64,000 nt of DNA from an uncultured Vicinamibacteraceae bacterium (GCA_964636705.1 CAZWUJ010000003.1:128873-192872); one strand, 5' to 3'. Shown: positions 1 to 8,529, counted from the first letter of the stretch. Notes: generated from the sequence alone by a model not told the origin. A program made the numbers and translations.

Positions 1-469
1 GGATGAACACGTAGCAGTCGAGACCAAGCCGAGCCGCATGCGCGGCAACGCTGTTGGCAAGGTTGCCCGTCGAGGCGCAACCGAACACTTCCGCTCCCAG
101 CTCACAGGCGCGGGTCGCCGCCACGGGGACAACGCGATCCTTGTACGACAGGGTCGGGTGATTGACGGAATCGTCCTTCAGGTACAGCTCGCGCACGCCC
201 AGTTTCGCCGCCAGGCGCTCTGCGCGAACCAGGGGCGTGAATCCGGACGCGAGACCCGTCAGTGGTTCACCATCAATCGGGAGGAACTCGCGATAGCGCC
301 AAAGGCTGGGAGGTCGCCGGGCGATCGCTTCGCGCGAGACGTCGCGCCGGATAGCGTCGCGGTCGTATGTCGTCTCGAGCGGGCCCAGACACTCCGGGCA
401 AACGTAGAACGCCTCGGCCGGAAACGACGCCTGGCACATCGAGCACTGCAGGCCGGTCAGGTAGCTCAT
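1..469 (-). CDS. thrC: threonine synthase, N-terminal part (gene continues past the left edge)
   Basis: Reading the minus strand from the ATG at 469..467 gives MSYLTGLQCSMCQASFPAEAFYVCPECLGPLE...HPTLSYKDR. This has an N-terminal Cys-rich ribbon and the S-[FY]-K-D-R PLP-lysine motif. There is an ATGA overlap with the hom stop. The gene is missing from the ORF track only because it is open at the window edge. Confidence 0.85.
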   Translation of the reverse strand, partial: MSYLTGLQCSMCQASFPAEAFYVCPECLGPLETTYDRDAIRRDVSREAIARRPPSLWRYREFLPIDGEPLTGLASGFTPLVRAERLAAKLGVRELYLKDDSVNHPTLSYKDRVVPVAATRACELGAEVFGCASTGNLANSVAAHAARLGLDCYVFI

Positions 470-1782
470 GAACGATCTCCGGGAGGCAGGATTGGCATCC
501 AGACGGGAGGAAGCGCATGAAAGTCGAGGGCAGCGATTTCCGCGAGCGCCGACTGCACGACATCGGTCCGGCATGGCTCGAGCGTGACGACGAACGGGAG
601 CTCCGATTTCGGGTAGCCCGGCACTTGCAGCACGGAATCGAAATTCAACTGGTGGCGGAGGCACGCCTCCGCGATGGACGCGATGATGCCGGGACGGTCC
701 ACGACGACGAAGCGAAGGTACTGAGGCGATACAAAGTTCGCCTCGATCTCCGCCCGCGGCGGCGGGGGTCTCCGTGGCGACGGAGCTAGGCTGCCGATCC
801 GCGCGATCGCTTCCAGGTCGGAAACCACTGCCACCGCCGTCGGATTGCCGCCGGCGCCGAAGCCGCGAAACGCGGTCTCACCGCCGTGGGAACCTTCGAC
901 CACCACGACGTTCTGGCTCCCCTCTGCGCGCGCCATCGGTGAGCGGATCGGTACCAGCATCGGCTGCACCGAAGCGGTTACGCGGTCCGCATCCGCACCG
1001 TCCGCCAGTTCGGCGTGCGAGACCTGCCGGATCGTGCTGTCGAGGCGCCGCGCATAGACGAAATCGATTGGCTCGACCGGCCGAATGGATCGGAGGGGAA
1101 TCGCCTCGGCGTCAAGACGGCGCCCCAGACCCTCGGCCGCGAGAATGGCCAGTTTGGCGCCGGCATCCCCGCCGTCGATGTCCGCCGTGGGATCCGCCTC
1201 GGCATAGCCCTTCCGTTGCGCCTCGGCAAGGACCGCATCGAACGAAAGCTCCGGGTCCGCTTCCATCCTTGTCAGGATGTAGTTGCACGTACCGTTGAGA
1301 ACGCCCGCGACGCGACACAGCCGATCCCCGGCCAGACCCTCGCGCACCGCGCGGATGATTGGAACGCCGCCAGCGACCGCTGCTTCGAACAACAGGTGCC
1401 TCCGGTGCTCCGCCGCAAGATCGAGCAGTTCGGCGCCAACTTCCGCGATCACCTGCTTGTTCGCCGTGACTACCGACTTTCCTGCCTTGAGCGCCTGCCG
1501 AATCCAGACTGCAGCCGGATCCGTGCCGCCAATCAACTCGACCACAATGTCGGCGTCGGAAGTGAGCACTTCGGCGAAGTCTGCCGTCCAGACAACATCG
1601 TTCGGCGCCCATGTCGCCGCGGCACGCTTCCGTTCCACATCACGGTTGCAGACGTGCGTCAGCCGAAGGGGTCTCCCATCCCCCGTGCCGAGAATTCTGG
1701 CGACCGACTGGCCAACCGTTCCGAATCCGACGAGCGCTACTTTCAACACACTCACGATCCCGCCTTCACGCCTTGCCAACAA
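466..1782 (-). CDS. hom: homoserine dehydrogenase
   Basis: 438-aa ORF with the Rossmann motif KVALVGFGTVGQSV, a homoserine dehydrogenase core and a C-terminal ACT-like region. It lies directly upstream of thrC. The track start is TTG; a GTG near 1755 is an alternative start. Confidence 0.9.
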   Translation of the reverse strand: MLARREGGIVSVLKVALVGFGTVGQSVARILGTGDGRPLRLTHVCNRDVERKRAAATWAPNDVVWTADFAEVLTSDADIVVELIGGTDPAAVWIRQALKAGKSVVTANKQVIAEVGAELLDLAAEHRRHLLFEAAVAGGVPIIRAVREGLAGDRLCRVAGVLNGTCNYILTRMEADPELSFDAVLAEAQRKGYAEADPTADIDGGDAGAKLAILAAEGLGRRLDAEAIPLRSIRPVEPIDFVYARRLDSTIRQVSHAELADGADADRVTASVQPMLVPIRSPMARAEGSQNVVVVEGSHGGETAFRGFGAGGNPTAVAVVSDLEAIARIGSLAPSPRRPPPPRAEIEANFVSPQYLRFVVVDRPGIIASIAEACLRHQLNFDSVLQVPGYPKSELPFVVTLEPCRTDVVQSALAEIAALDFHALPPVWMPILPPGDRS

Positions 1783-1836
1783 ACATCTTCAAGGTCGCTG
1801 AACGACCACCCGCGCCCCGTAGACGTGGCCATAGCC

Positions 1837-1873
1837 AAAAAAAATAGCCATCAGCCGACTGGCGGATGATGGC
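1837..1873 (-). terminator. intrinsic terminator on the minus strand, 55 nt upstream of hom
   Basis: The minus strand reads GCCAUCAUCCGCCAGUCGGCUGAUGGC followed by U-A-U8. The plus-strand A8 run is at 1837-1844. Stem arms are 1873..1867 and 1853..1847, with an inner GCC/GGC pairing. Confidence 0.7.
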
Positions 1874-1902
1874 CATTGGTGCGTCGAGTTGTGCCTCTGG
1901 CG

Positions 1903-1974
1903 TCATCCGCTGCCTGTGCGCCCCGTCATCGGGGTGCCCGGAGTGGCGGTGGCCTTCATTCGGCCAGTCATCAT
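1903..1974 (-). CDS. candidate Thr-rich leader peptide MMTGRMKATATPGTPMTGRTGSG
   Basis: A GAGG sits 5 nt upstream of the ATG at 1974. The ORF has 23 codons, 6 of them Thr. Its UGA stop lies inside helix segment 2. A longer 35-codon version starts at the ATG at 2010 but has no usable SD spacing. Confidence 0.35.
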   Translation of the reverse strand: MMTGRMKATATPGTPMTGRTGSG

Positions 1975-2030
1975 GACGCCCTCGGAGCGATGCACCTTAT
2001 GTGACTCCATTCCTTACGAAGCAACCGTGT

Positions 2031-2060
2031 TTTATACTCCGGCCGCCGCCCGCGCGTCAA
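2031..2060 (-). promoter_or_regulatory. sigma70-type promoter (TTGACG, 18-nt spacer, TATAAA) on the minus strand
   Basis: The -35 TTGACG is at 2060..2055 and the -10 TATAAA at 2036..2031. This near-consensus AT-rich pair is conspicuous in GC-rich DNA. It is oriented toward hom. Confidence 0.55.
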
Positions 2061-2104
2061 ACTACCGCCGCCCGCGCGGTCCGCCCGATGGCGGGGATCG
2101 CCAA

Positions 2105-3610
2105 ATGCCTCTGCTGGACTTCGGGGTCGTTGCCCTCTATCTCGCCTTCTCCCTCTGGTGCGGCCGCCGGTTGCGGCGCGGCCAAGGCGTGCGCGACTAC
2201 TTCCTGACCGGACGAGAGACGCCGTGGTGGGCGGTCATGGCATCCATCGTCGCCACCGAAACCAGCACGGTAACGGTGATCAGCGTGCCGGGCTATGCCT
2301 TTGCCGGCGACCTGACGTTTCTGCAACTGGCTCTCGGCTATCTCGCCGGACGGTTGCTGGTGGCCAGCTTCCTGCTCCCCGCCTTCTTCAACCGTGATTT
2401 GCTCTCGGCGTACCAACTGCTGGCCGAACGCATGGGGCGCGGATTGGGACGCGCCGCCGCCGTGGTCTTCCTTGCCACACGCAACATTGCCGACGGGCTG
2501 CGCCTCTTCGCGACGGCGCTTGTACTGGCGGCCATGGTAGCGGTCGCTGCGGAATCGACCAACGCCGCTGCGCCTTCCCCGAGCGTTGTCCTCGGACTTG
2601 CGATAGCGGCGATTTCGGCCGTGACGCTCGCCTACACGTGGCTCGGGGGGATGCGCGCGGTAATCTGGATGGACGTCGCCCAACTCGCGCTATACCTCGC
2701 GGGAGCGCTGGCGGTGGCGGCGATACTGGCGACTCGATTGCCGGACGGATTGGCGGGCGCCTGGACCGCCGCGGCGGCTGCCAGCAAGTTGACGCTATTC
2801 GATTTTGCCTGGGACTTGACCCGGGACTACACCTTCTGGTCCGGCGTTCTCGGCGGCGCGGTCTTCACTGCCGCGACGCATGGCGCGGACCAGATGTTCG
2901 TGCAACGCTATCTTTGCAGCCGCTCGCTTCGGGAGGCCCGTCTGGCCCTGGGACTGAGCGGCGTTTTCGTCCTGGCGCAATTCGCGTTGTTCCTCGGCAT
3001 CGGTCTCCTGCTCTGGAGTTTCTACGAGACCGCGGCGCCGGCGGGATCCCTGGCGTCCATCACGACGGCGGGTACGGTACAGGCCGATCAGGTCTTTCCC
3101 CGGTTCCTGATGACGAACCTGCCGGCCGGTCTACGCGGGCTCGTGCTGGCGGCGATTCTGGCGGCCGCCATGTCGACGCTCTCATCGTCGCTCAACTCTT
3201 CCGCGGCATCGACGATCGGCGATTTCTATTCCAACCACCGCCGCGGCGGTCCGGGCAGCGACGCGCGCATGCTGCGGGCGTCGCGAATCGCGACCCTTGC
3301 CTGGGCCGTCGTTCAGGTTCTGGTCGCGCTTCTGGCGATTCGCCTGTCGCAACGCGTGATCGACGATGTCTTGCGCGTGCAGTTCTTCGCCGGCGGGCTG
3401 ATGCTTGGCCTGTTCGTCCTGAGCACGGTGCTGTCGCGTCCGACGGCCCGGGCCGGAACCGCAGGGCTGGTGGCGGGGCTGGCCACGCTGATTGCCGTCA
3501 CCCTGTTCACGGAGTTGTCGTGGCAGTGGTACGTCCTGGTGGGCGTTACCGCGACGGTCGGAGGCGGAGCGCTCGCCCAACGCGCGGGGCTGGGCGAAGG
3601 AACGGGATGA
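2105..3610 (+). CDS. sodium:solute symporter family transporter
   Basis: Within ORF 1889..3610. I place the start at MPLLDFGVVALYLAF (ATG 2105). The protein is multi-TM with SSF-type N-terminal motifs (YFLTGRETPWW, ATETST). Confidence 0.8.
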   Translation: MPLLDFGVVALYLAFSLWCGRRLRRGQGVRDYFLTGRETPWWAVMASIVATETSTVTVISVPGYAFAGDLTFLQLALGYLAGRLLVASFLLPAFFNRDLLSAYQLLAERMGRGLGRAAAVVFLATRNIADGLRLFATALVLAAMVAVAAESTNAAAPSPSVVLGLAIAAISAVTLAYTWLGGMRAVIWMDVAQLALYLAGALAVAAILATRLPDGLAGAWTAAAAASKLTLFDFAWDLTRDYTFWSGVLGGAVFTAATHGADQMFVQRYLCSRSLREARLALGLSGVFVLAQFALFLGIGLLLWSFYETAAPAGSLASITTAGTVQADQVFPRFLMTNLPAGLRGLVLAAILAAAMSTLSSSLNSSAASTIGDFYSNHRRGGPGSDARMLRASRIATLAWAVVQVLVALLAIRLSQRVIDDVLRVQFFAGGLMLGLFVLSTVLSRPTARAGTAGLVAGLATLIAVTLFTELSWQWYVLVGVTATVGGGALAQRAGLGEGTG

Positions 3611-4668
3611 CCGATTTCTCTCGCGTGGAACAACTGTTGCGCGACGCGATCGCCGCCGGCGTCGCCCCGGGCGCCGTCGCCGAGGTGAGTGCCGCCGACG
3701 GGCCAATCTGGAGTCACGCTGCCGGACACCTCACGGCGGAACCGGAAAGCCCGGCGGTCACCTCTGAGACCCTGTTCGACCTGGCATCGCTCACAAAGGT
3801 GGTCGCCACGACGACAATCGCCATGCAGCAGGTAGATGCGGGCTTCACGCCGCTCGACCTCCCGGTCGCACACGTCCTTGCAGCGTGGCGCGGGGATGAT
3901 CGCGAACACGTCACGGTGCGCGATCTGTTGTCGCACAGCTCCGGCCTTACCGCGCACCTTCCCTTCTATCGCGACCACGCCGGGCGACCGGAACTCGAAG
4001 CCGCCATCTGCCGGCTGCCACTCGAGTATGCCCCGCGCAGCCGGTCGATCTACAGTGACCTCGGCTTCATGCTGCTCGGCTTCATTCTGTCCGACCGGCA
4101 TCCAGACCGCGCCAGTCTGGCCGAACAGTTCGGCCGCCTCGTCTCGGCGCGGGGCTGGGGCGAGATCGGCTTCCACCCGCCGGTGGCCTGGCGTCCTCGC
4201 ACCGCGCCAACCGAGCTGGATCCGTGGCGGGGCCGGACACTGGTCGCGGAAGTGCACGACGAGAACGCGTGGGCCCTGGGCGGCGCGGCTGGACACGCCG
4301 GCCTCTTCGGCACCGCGTCCGCCGTCGGCGCGTTCGCCCGCGAGATCCTTCGCGCGTTCAACGGCGTTACCACGATTGCCTCGGCCGCCACGTTCGACAC
4401 GTTCCGCCGATGCACGGACGTTCCGGGCAGCTCGCGGGGGCTCGGCTGGGACACCATGCGGCCCTCGTCATCTTGCGGCAGGCGCCTCTCGCCCCGTTCC
4501 ATCGGCCATACCGGGTTCACTGGAACGTCACTCTGGATCGATCCGGACGCAGGCCTCTCCATTGTGCTGCTCACCAACCGCGTCCATCCGTCCCGGAAGA
4601 ATGAAGCGATCCTGCAGTTTCGCCCCGTTTTCCATTCCGCCGTTCACTCGGCGGTGACCCACGGATGA
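3607..4668 (+). CDS. serine hydrolase, beta-lactamase/PBP-like fold (class C / EstB / AmiE-like)
   Basis: In-frame ATG at 3607 inside track ORF 2638..4668. It has an S-x-x-K motif (ASLTKVV) and an HTG box (GHTGFTGTS). ATGA overlaps occur at both ends, with the upstream stop (3608-3610) and with the downstream start (4665). Confidence 0.8.
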   Translation: MTDFSRVEQLLRDAIAAGVAPGAVAEVSAADGPIWSHAAGHLTAEPESPAVTSETLFDLASLTKVVATTTIAMQQVDAGFTPLDLPVAHVLAAWRGDDREHVTVRDLLSHSSGLTAHLPFYRDHAGRPELEAAICRLPLEYAPRSRSIYSDLGFMLLGFILSDRHPDRASLAEQFGRLVSARGWGEIGFHPPVAWRPRTAPTELDPWRGRTLVAEVHDENAWALGGAAGHAGLFGTASAVGAFAREILRAFNGVTTIASAATFDTFRRCTDVPGSSRGLGWDTMRPSSSCGRRLSPRSIGHTGFTGTSLWIDPDAGLSIVLLTNRVHPSRKNEAILQFRPVFHSAVHSAVTHG

Positions 4669-6440
4669 TTCTGACCCCGCTCGACTGGACGCTGTTTGTC
4701 CTGACGCTGGCGCTCCCGATCACGGCAGGCATCATCGCCGGCCGGGGCTCCGGGCGAAGCGTCTCGGACTACTTTCTTTCCGGCCGCAACCTCCCCTGGT
4801 GGATCGCCGGAACATCCATGGTGGCCACGACGTTCGCAGCCGACACCCCGCTGGCCGTGGCCGGCCTCGTGGCCGCAAACGGCATCGCCGGCAACTGGCT
4901 CTGGTGGAACGCCGCCCTCGGCGGCATGCTGACCGTCGTCTGTTTCGCGAGACTGTGGCGACGCGCCGGCATCCTAACCGACGTCGAGTTTGTCGAGATC
5001 CGCTACGCCGGTCGAATGGCCGCAGTCCTGCGCGGTCTGCGCGCGGTCTGGCTTGGCCTCCCGGTCAACTGCCTGGTGATCGGCTGGGTCAACCTGGCGT
5101 TGGCGAAAGTGCTGTCGATCGCTCTGGGCTGGGATCGGTTGACGGCAGTACTCATCGGTCTCGGCGCAACCGGCGCGTACGCGTCGCTTGCCGGGCTGCG
5201 CGGGGTCGTCACGGCGGATGCGGTGCAGTTCGTCCTGGCAATGGCGGGAGCGGTAGCGCTGGCTTACTACGCACTCGGCGCACCGGAGGTCGGCGGAATG
5301 GAAGGCCTGCGGGAGGCGTTGCCGGACTCGACTTTCCGACTCTTGCCGGCTATCGGCGCATCCGGCGCGCCACTCGACGCCGAGACGCTGCTGCTACCCA
5401 TCGGGGCGTTCTTCGCGTACCTCGGTGTCCAGTGGTGGGCCAGTTGGTATCCCGGACAGGAGCCGGGCGGCGGTGGATATGTCGCCCAGCGGATGCTATC
5501 GGCCCGGGACGAACGACAAGCCGTCCTCGCAACGCTCTGGTTTACCCTGGCGCACTACTGCCTGCGCCCCTGGCCCTGGATACTGGCGGCGCTAGCCTCG
5601 CTCGTCCTCTACCCCGGCCTGGCCGATCCGGAGGCGGGCTACATCATGCTAATGCGCGATCACCTGCCCGCCGGCTGGCGGGGCCTGCTGGTGGGCGCCT
5701 TCTTCGCGGCTTACATGTCTACAGTCTCAACCCAGCTGAACTGGGGGACGTCGTATCTCGTGCACGACGCGTACCGGCGATTCATTCGGCCGAATTCAAG
5801 TGAGAAACACCTCGTTACGGTGTCGCGCATGACAACGATCGGGGTGATGCTCGCGAGTGGGGCCGTCACGTTCTGGCTCGAGTCGGTCCGCCAGGCCTGG
5901 GAGTTCATGCTGGAAGCGGCGGCCGGCATCGGCCTCGTGCTGATCCTGCGGTGGTATTGGTGGCGCGTGACGGCGCTGTCGGAAATCGTGGCGCTCGTCG
6001 CGTCGGCCGCCGGATTCGTCCTGCTTCGGACCCTCACCGACATACCGTTCCCCAACTCGCTCCTCTATCTGGTCCCATGGACCACCGCCTGGTGGATCGT
6101 CGTTACTCTCGCGACGCCTCCGGATCCGCTCCCCCACCTGATTGCCTTCTACCGCCGGGCCCGGCCGGCCGGACCCGGATGGCGCTCGATTGCCGCTGCG
6201 GCGGGCGAGGCCGCGCCGGACCCGATCCTGCCGTTCTTGCGACGTTGGGTAGTGGGCTGCGTGGCGGTCTACGCGGTGCTCGCGGCAACCCACCAATGGC
6301 TATTCGGTATGCGTGCGGCCGCCGCCGCCCTGTTCGCCGCCAGTGTCGTGCTGGCTGTCTGGCTGACCCGCGAGGTGACGGCGGCAGACTCGACCGGGGA
6401 CGCTGGCCGCTCCGATGGTCGCCCAGCCACACCTAACTGA
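4665..6440 (+). CDS. sodium:solute symporter family transporter (second, longer paralog)
   Basis: 591 aa and multi-TM. SSF motifs are present (YFLSGRNLPWW, TTFAADTP). Confidence 0.8.
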   Translation: MILTPLDWTLFVLTLALPITAGIIAGRGSGRSVSDYFLSGRNLPWWIAGTSMVATTFAADTPLAVAGLVAANGIAGNWLWWNAALGGMLTVVCFARLWRRAGILTDVEFVEIRYAGRMAAVLRGLRAVWLGLPVNCLVIGWVNLALAKVLSIALGWDRLTAVLIGLGATGAYASLAGLRGVVTADAVQFVLAMAGAVALAYYALGAPEVGGMEGLREALPDSTFRLLPAIGASGAPLDAETLLLPIGAFFAYLGVQWWASWYPGQEPGGGGYVAQRMLSARDERQAVLATLWFTLAHYCLRPWPWILAALASLVLYPGLADPEAGYIMLMRDHLPAGWRGLLVGAFFAAYMSTVSTQLNWGTSYLVHDAYRRFIRPNSSEKHLVTVSRMTTIGVMLASGAVTFWLESVRQAWEFMLEAAAGIGLVLILRWYWWRVTALSEIVALVASAAGFVLLRTLTDIPFPNSLLYLVPWTTAWWIVVTLATPPDPLPHLIAFYRRARPAGPGWRSIAAAAGEAAPDPILPFLRRWVVGCVAVYAVLAATHQWLFGMRAAAAALFAASVVLAVWLTREVTAADSTGDAGRSDGRPATPN

Positions 6441-6562
6441 CAGTCTGCACCGTTCCACAGCGCAGACTGCTAGCCCGACCCTCGTCGCCTGCGGCTCCGA
6501 TGGCCGCCCAACCAGGCCTATCTAGCAGCCTGCACCGTTTCACGGCGCAGACTGCTAGCCTA
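6441..6562 (+). repeat. palindromic intergenic repeat element, copy A (extra hairpin, then core, then hairpin)
   Basis: Sequence: CAGTCTGCACCGTTCCACAGCGCAGACTG-CTAGCC-CGACCCTCGTCGCCTGCGGCTCCGATGGCCGCCCAACCAGGCCTATCTAG-CAGCCTGCACCGTTTCACGGCGCAGACTG-CTAGCC. It fills the whole convergent gap between the stop at 6440 and the stop at 6560-6562. Confidence 0.85.
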
Positions 6563-7417
6563 GGAGGGCAAAGTGACACTGATCGACATCGGCGCTCCAT
6601 CACGGACGATGTCGAGCGTGACGGCGGTGCCCGGGTCCACGGATCGGAGATGCCGCCCGAGCTGGCGGAAACTCTCGAGCGCCGCGCCATCGATCGTCGT
6701 GATGACGTCGCCCGCTCGCAACCCCGCCTCGGCGGCGGGAGTGGACGGTTCGACGTGTGTCACCAGAAGGCCCCGCTCGGTTCCAAAGTAGTCAGCCAGT
6801 TGCCCGCCGATCGAGCGGATACGAATCCCCAATCGGCCCGGCGTCGATTCCAGGCGCAGCAGAGCGTCACCCACGACCTCCGGCAACTCGAGTTGCTCCA
6901 GGCGCTCGGAGAGGTCGCCGAGCCGGACATCGAGATTCTCGAGGTTGCCATCTCCATCCGGAGTGACGAACCTCCATGCATTTCGGCCGGCCGCTGGATG
7001 TTCTACGGTGGTCAGGGTCACGGTCTCGGTGTCGGCGTCGCGCAACACCTCGAGCAACACCTCACTCCCGACAGGCGTCTCCCGAACGACGCGGATCAGG
7101 TGCCGGCTGCCCCGGATCCGCTCGCCATCGAAAGCGACGACGACATCTCCTTCCCGGAGTCCAGCCCGGGCGGCGGGGCTCTCGTCGGCCACGGCCGTTA
7201 CCCTCGCGCCTGCGCCCGGCTCGTCCGTGTCTCGGATCGCGACCCCGATCCAACTGGCGTCAGCGGCATTGACAAGGAGTTCGGGCAGGGCGAATCGGAA
7301 GTTGCCGCGCGACCCGGTTTCCCTCTCGGTCTGCGCGGCTCCGACCGTGGACATGGCAGTCGCGACAAGGAATGCCGCGATCGCGCCGACGTACGCTCCG
7401 TACTGCTTCCGGGACAT
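6560..7417 (-). CDS. membrane-anchored protein with two PDZ domains (possible GspC-like component)
   Basis: It has an N-terminal hydrophobic segment and two PDZ-type segments (ARAGLREGDVVVAFDG and AEAGLRAGDVITTIDG). It is the last gene of the secretion operon. Confidence 0.7.
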   Translation of the reverse strand: MSRKQYGAYVGAIAAFLVATAMSTVGAAQTERETGSRGNFRFALPELLVNAADASWIGVAIRDTDEPGAGARVTAVADESPAARAGLREGDVVVAFDGERIRGSRHLIRVVRETPVGSEVLLEVLRDADTETVTLTTVEHPAAGRNAWRFVTPDGDGNLENLDVRLGDLSERLEQLELPEVVGDALLRLESTPGRLGIRIRSIGGQLADYFGTERGLLVTHVEPSTPAAEAGLRAGDVITTIDGAALESFRQLGRHLRSVDPGTAVTLDIVRDGAPMSISVTLPS

Positions 7418-7501
7418 GGTGCGTCTCCTTTCAAGGTTGCCTGTCGTTGAGACGCACGGCCTCGCCCGATGGTCTGGCGTCGGGGAGACGACCGGGAGAA
7501 T

Positions 7502-8131
7502 CTACTGTTGGGCGTCAGGCCCGACCATCGTCGCCCGGCGAGGGGCGGCTTCCGCGTCGGAGGACATGGCCACGAACCGCCATTCGTCGTAACGTGCCGC
7601 GCCGTTGTACCGGGCGATGGACGCAGCCGTGCTTCGGCTCGCCACCCCGGCTATGCCGCCTTCCACGCCGCCCGGTTCACCAGTTCCTGTCTCCCTTCCG
7701 CTCACGGCGGCGCCGGCGCCCCCCGTACGCTGGGCGCCCGCGGGCAATGCCCCTTCCCCGGCACCGCCAGCCGTAGCCAGTTCCGACTGTGGAATCAGGC
7801 GGAATTCGCCGCCTTCCGTCATCGGATCGCGATACGCCCGCCGGAGGAACCGCCCCTCAACCAGCGTCTCGACATCAGGGGGAAACGCCCCCGGCAACTG
7901 CCGCTGGTAGAGCATGATGGCTCGGGCATACTGCTCTCCCCGGAAGATCAGTTCTGCTTCCCTCTCGCGCTGGGCGGCATGTCGCCAGGCGGGGAGCGCC
8001 ATGGACGCAACCACGGCAAGAATCGCCAGGCTGGCCAGGAGAGCGGCCATCGCAAAACCGGCCTCCGGGGGGCGGGCGGCGCTGGCATCCCCCCCTTCGG
8101 GCCGCGATGCGTCCCGGCTACCACTCCGCAT
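7502..8131 (-). CDS. pseudopilin-like protein lacking Glu+5
   Basis: Within ORF 7502..8290. I place the start at MRSGSRD. The prepilin-like N-terminus reads EAG/FAMAALLASLAILAVVASMALP, with Ala where the conserved Glu5 would be. Confidence 0.55.
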   Translation of the reverse strand: MRSGSRDASRPEGGDASAARPPEAGFAMAALLASLAILAVVASMALPAWRHAAQREREAELIFRGEQYARAIMLYQRQLPGAFPPDVETLVEGRFLRRAYRDPMTEGGEFRLIPQSELATAGGAGEGALPAGAQRTGGAGAAVSGRETGTGEPGGVEGGIAGVASRSTAASIARYNGAARYDEWRFVAMSSDAEAAPRRATMVGPDAQQ

Positions 8132-8519
8132 AGTTGGTTCCGTCGAGCGCAACCGCCTCCGAGCCGCTCCTGACGTCATAGATCCCGCGCGCAAACGGGT
8201 CGGCCGGGTCGGAGGGGGCGAATTCCACCTGCCAAGTCTCCGTTGATCCGGTGAACGGATCGACCGGGACGGCGCGCAGGTAGCCGGCACTCACCAGCGA
8301 TTCCAGCGCCGCCGGGTAGCCACCCCGGTCTGCGTAGTGTTGATCGATCGCGTCGCGCAGCCGGAAGAGGTCTTCCTTCAGCACCGCCTCCCGCGATCGG
8401 GTAACGGCACTCTGGTAGCCGACCAAAGCGATGGTCGACAGCACCGTAATGAGCGAGATCACTATCGTCAACTCGATCAGAGTCCAGCCGTTCGGCGGGT
8501 GCGCGCAACGTCGGCTCAT
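8118..8519 (-). CDS. type II secretion GspG-like major pseudopilin (second copy)
   Basis: MSRRCAHPPNG/WTLIELTIVISLITVL has a class III signal with Glu+5. The body is GspG-like (YPAALESLVSAGYLRAVPVDPF). Confidence 0.75.
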   Translation of the reverse strand: MSRRCAHPPNGWTLIELTIVISLITVLSTIALVGYQSAVTRSREAVLKEDLFRLRDAIDQHYADRGGYPAALESLVSAGYLRAVPVDPFTGSTETWQVEFAPSDPADPFARGIYDVRSGSEAVALDGTNYAEW

Positions 8520-8529
8520 CGTTCCGGTT

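Larger units (their letters stand above)
1837..2026 (-). promoter_or_regulatory. about 190-nt cis-regulatory leader (attenuator type) of the hom-thrC operon
   Basis: The leader lies between a strong promoter and hom. Three mutually exclusive helices are visible: 1:2 is GGCGUCAU (1980..1973) with AUGACGCC (1906..1899); 2:3 is GCGGAUGA (1910..1903) with UCAUCCGC (1869..1862); 3:4 is the terminator. Confidence 0.5.

Noticed and set aside
1837-2026. Stand-alone small RNA (6S-like) or SAM-type riboswitch as the identity of the promoter-to-terminator unit
   Set aside because: The terminator lies directly upstream of hom in the same orientation, so a cis-acting leader is more parsimonious than a free sRNA. 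There is a partial resemblance to SAM-I (GACUGGCC..AUGAAGGCC), but the GAGGGA and GGCAACC core elements are missing. I keep it only as an alternative under the attenuator finding.
2638-3606. 5' two-thirds of the 676-aa track ORF, and similar upstream extensions of track ORFs (1889-2104, 17721-18020, 31931-32662, 35039-35236, 39070-39153, 45867-46598, 51052-51462, 60136-60441, and on the minus strand 56936-58015 and 58351-58956)
   Set aside because: These extensions overlap the preceding real gene or intergenic DNA and have junk-like Arg/Pro/Gly composition. In each case an internal start with an SD and/or a signal peptide gives a protein of normal length for its family.
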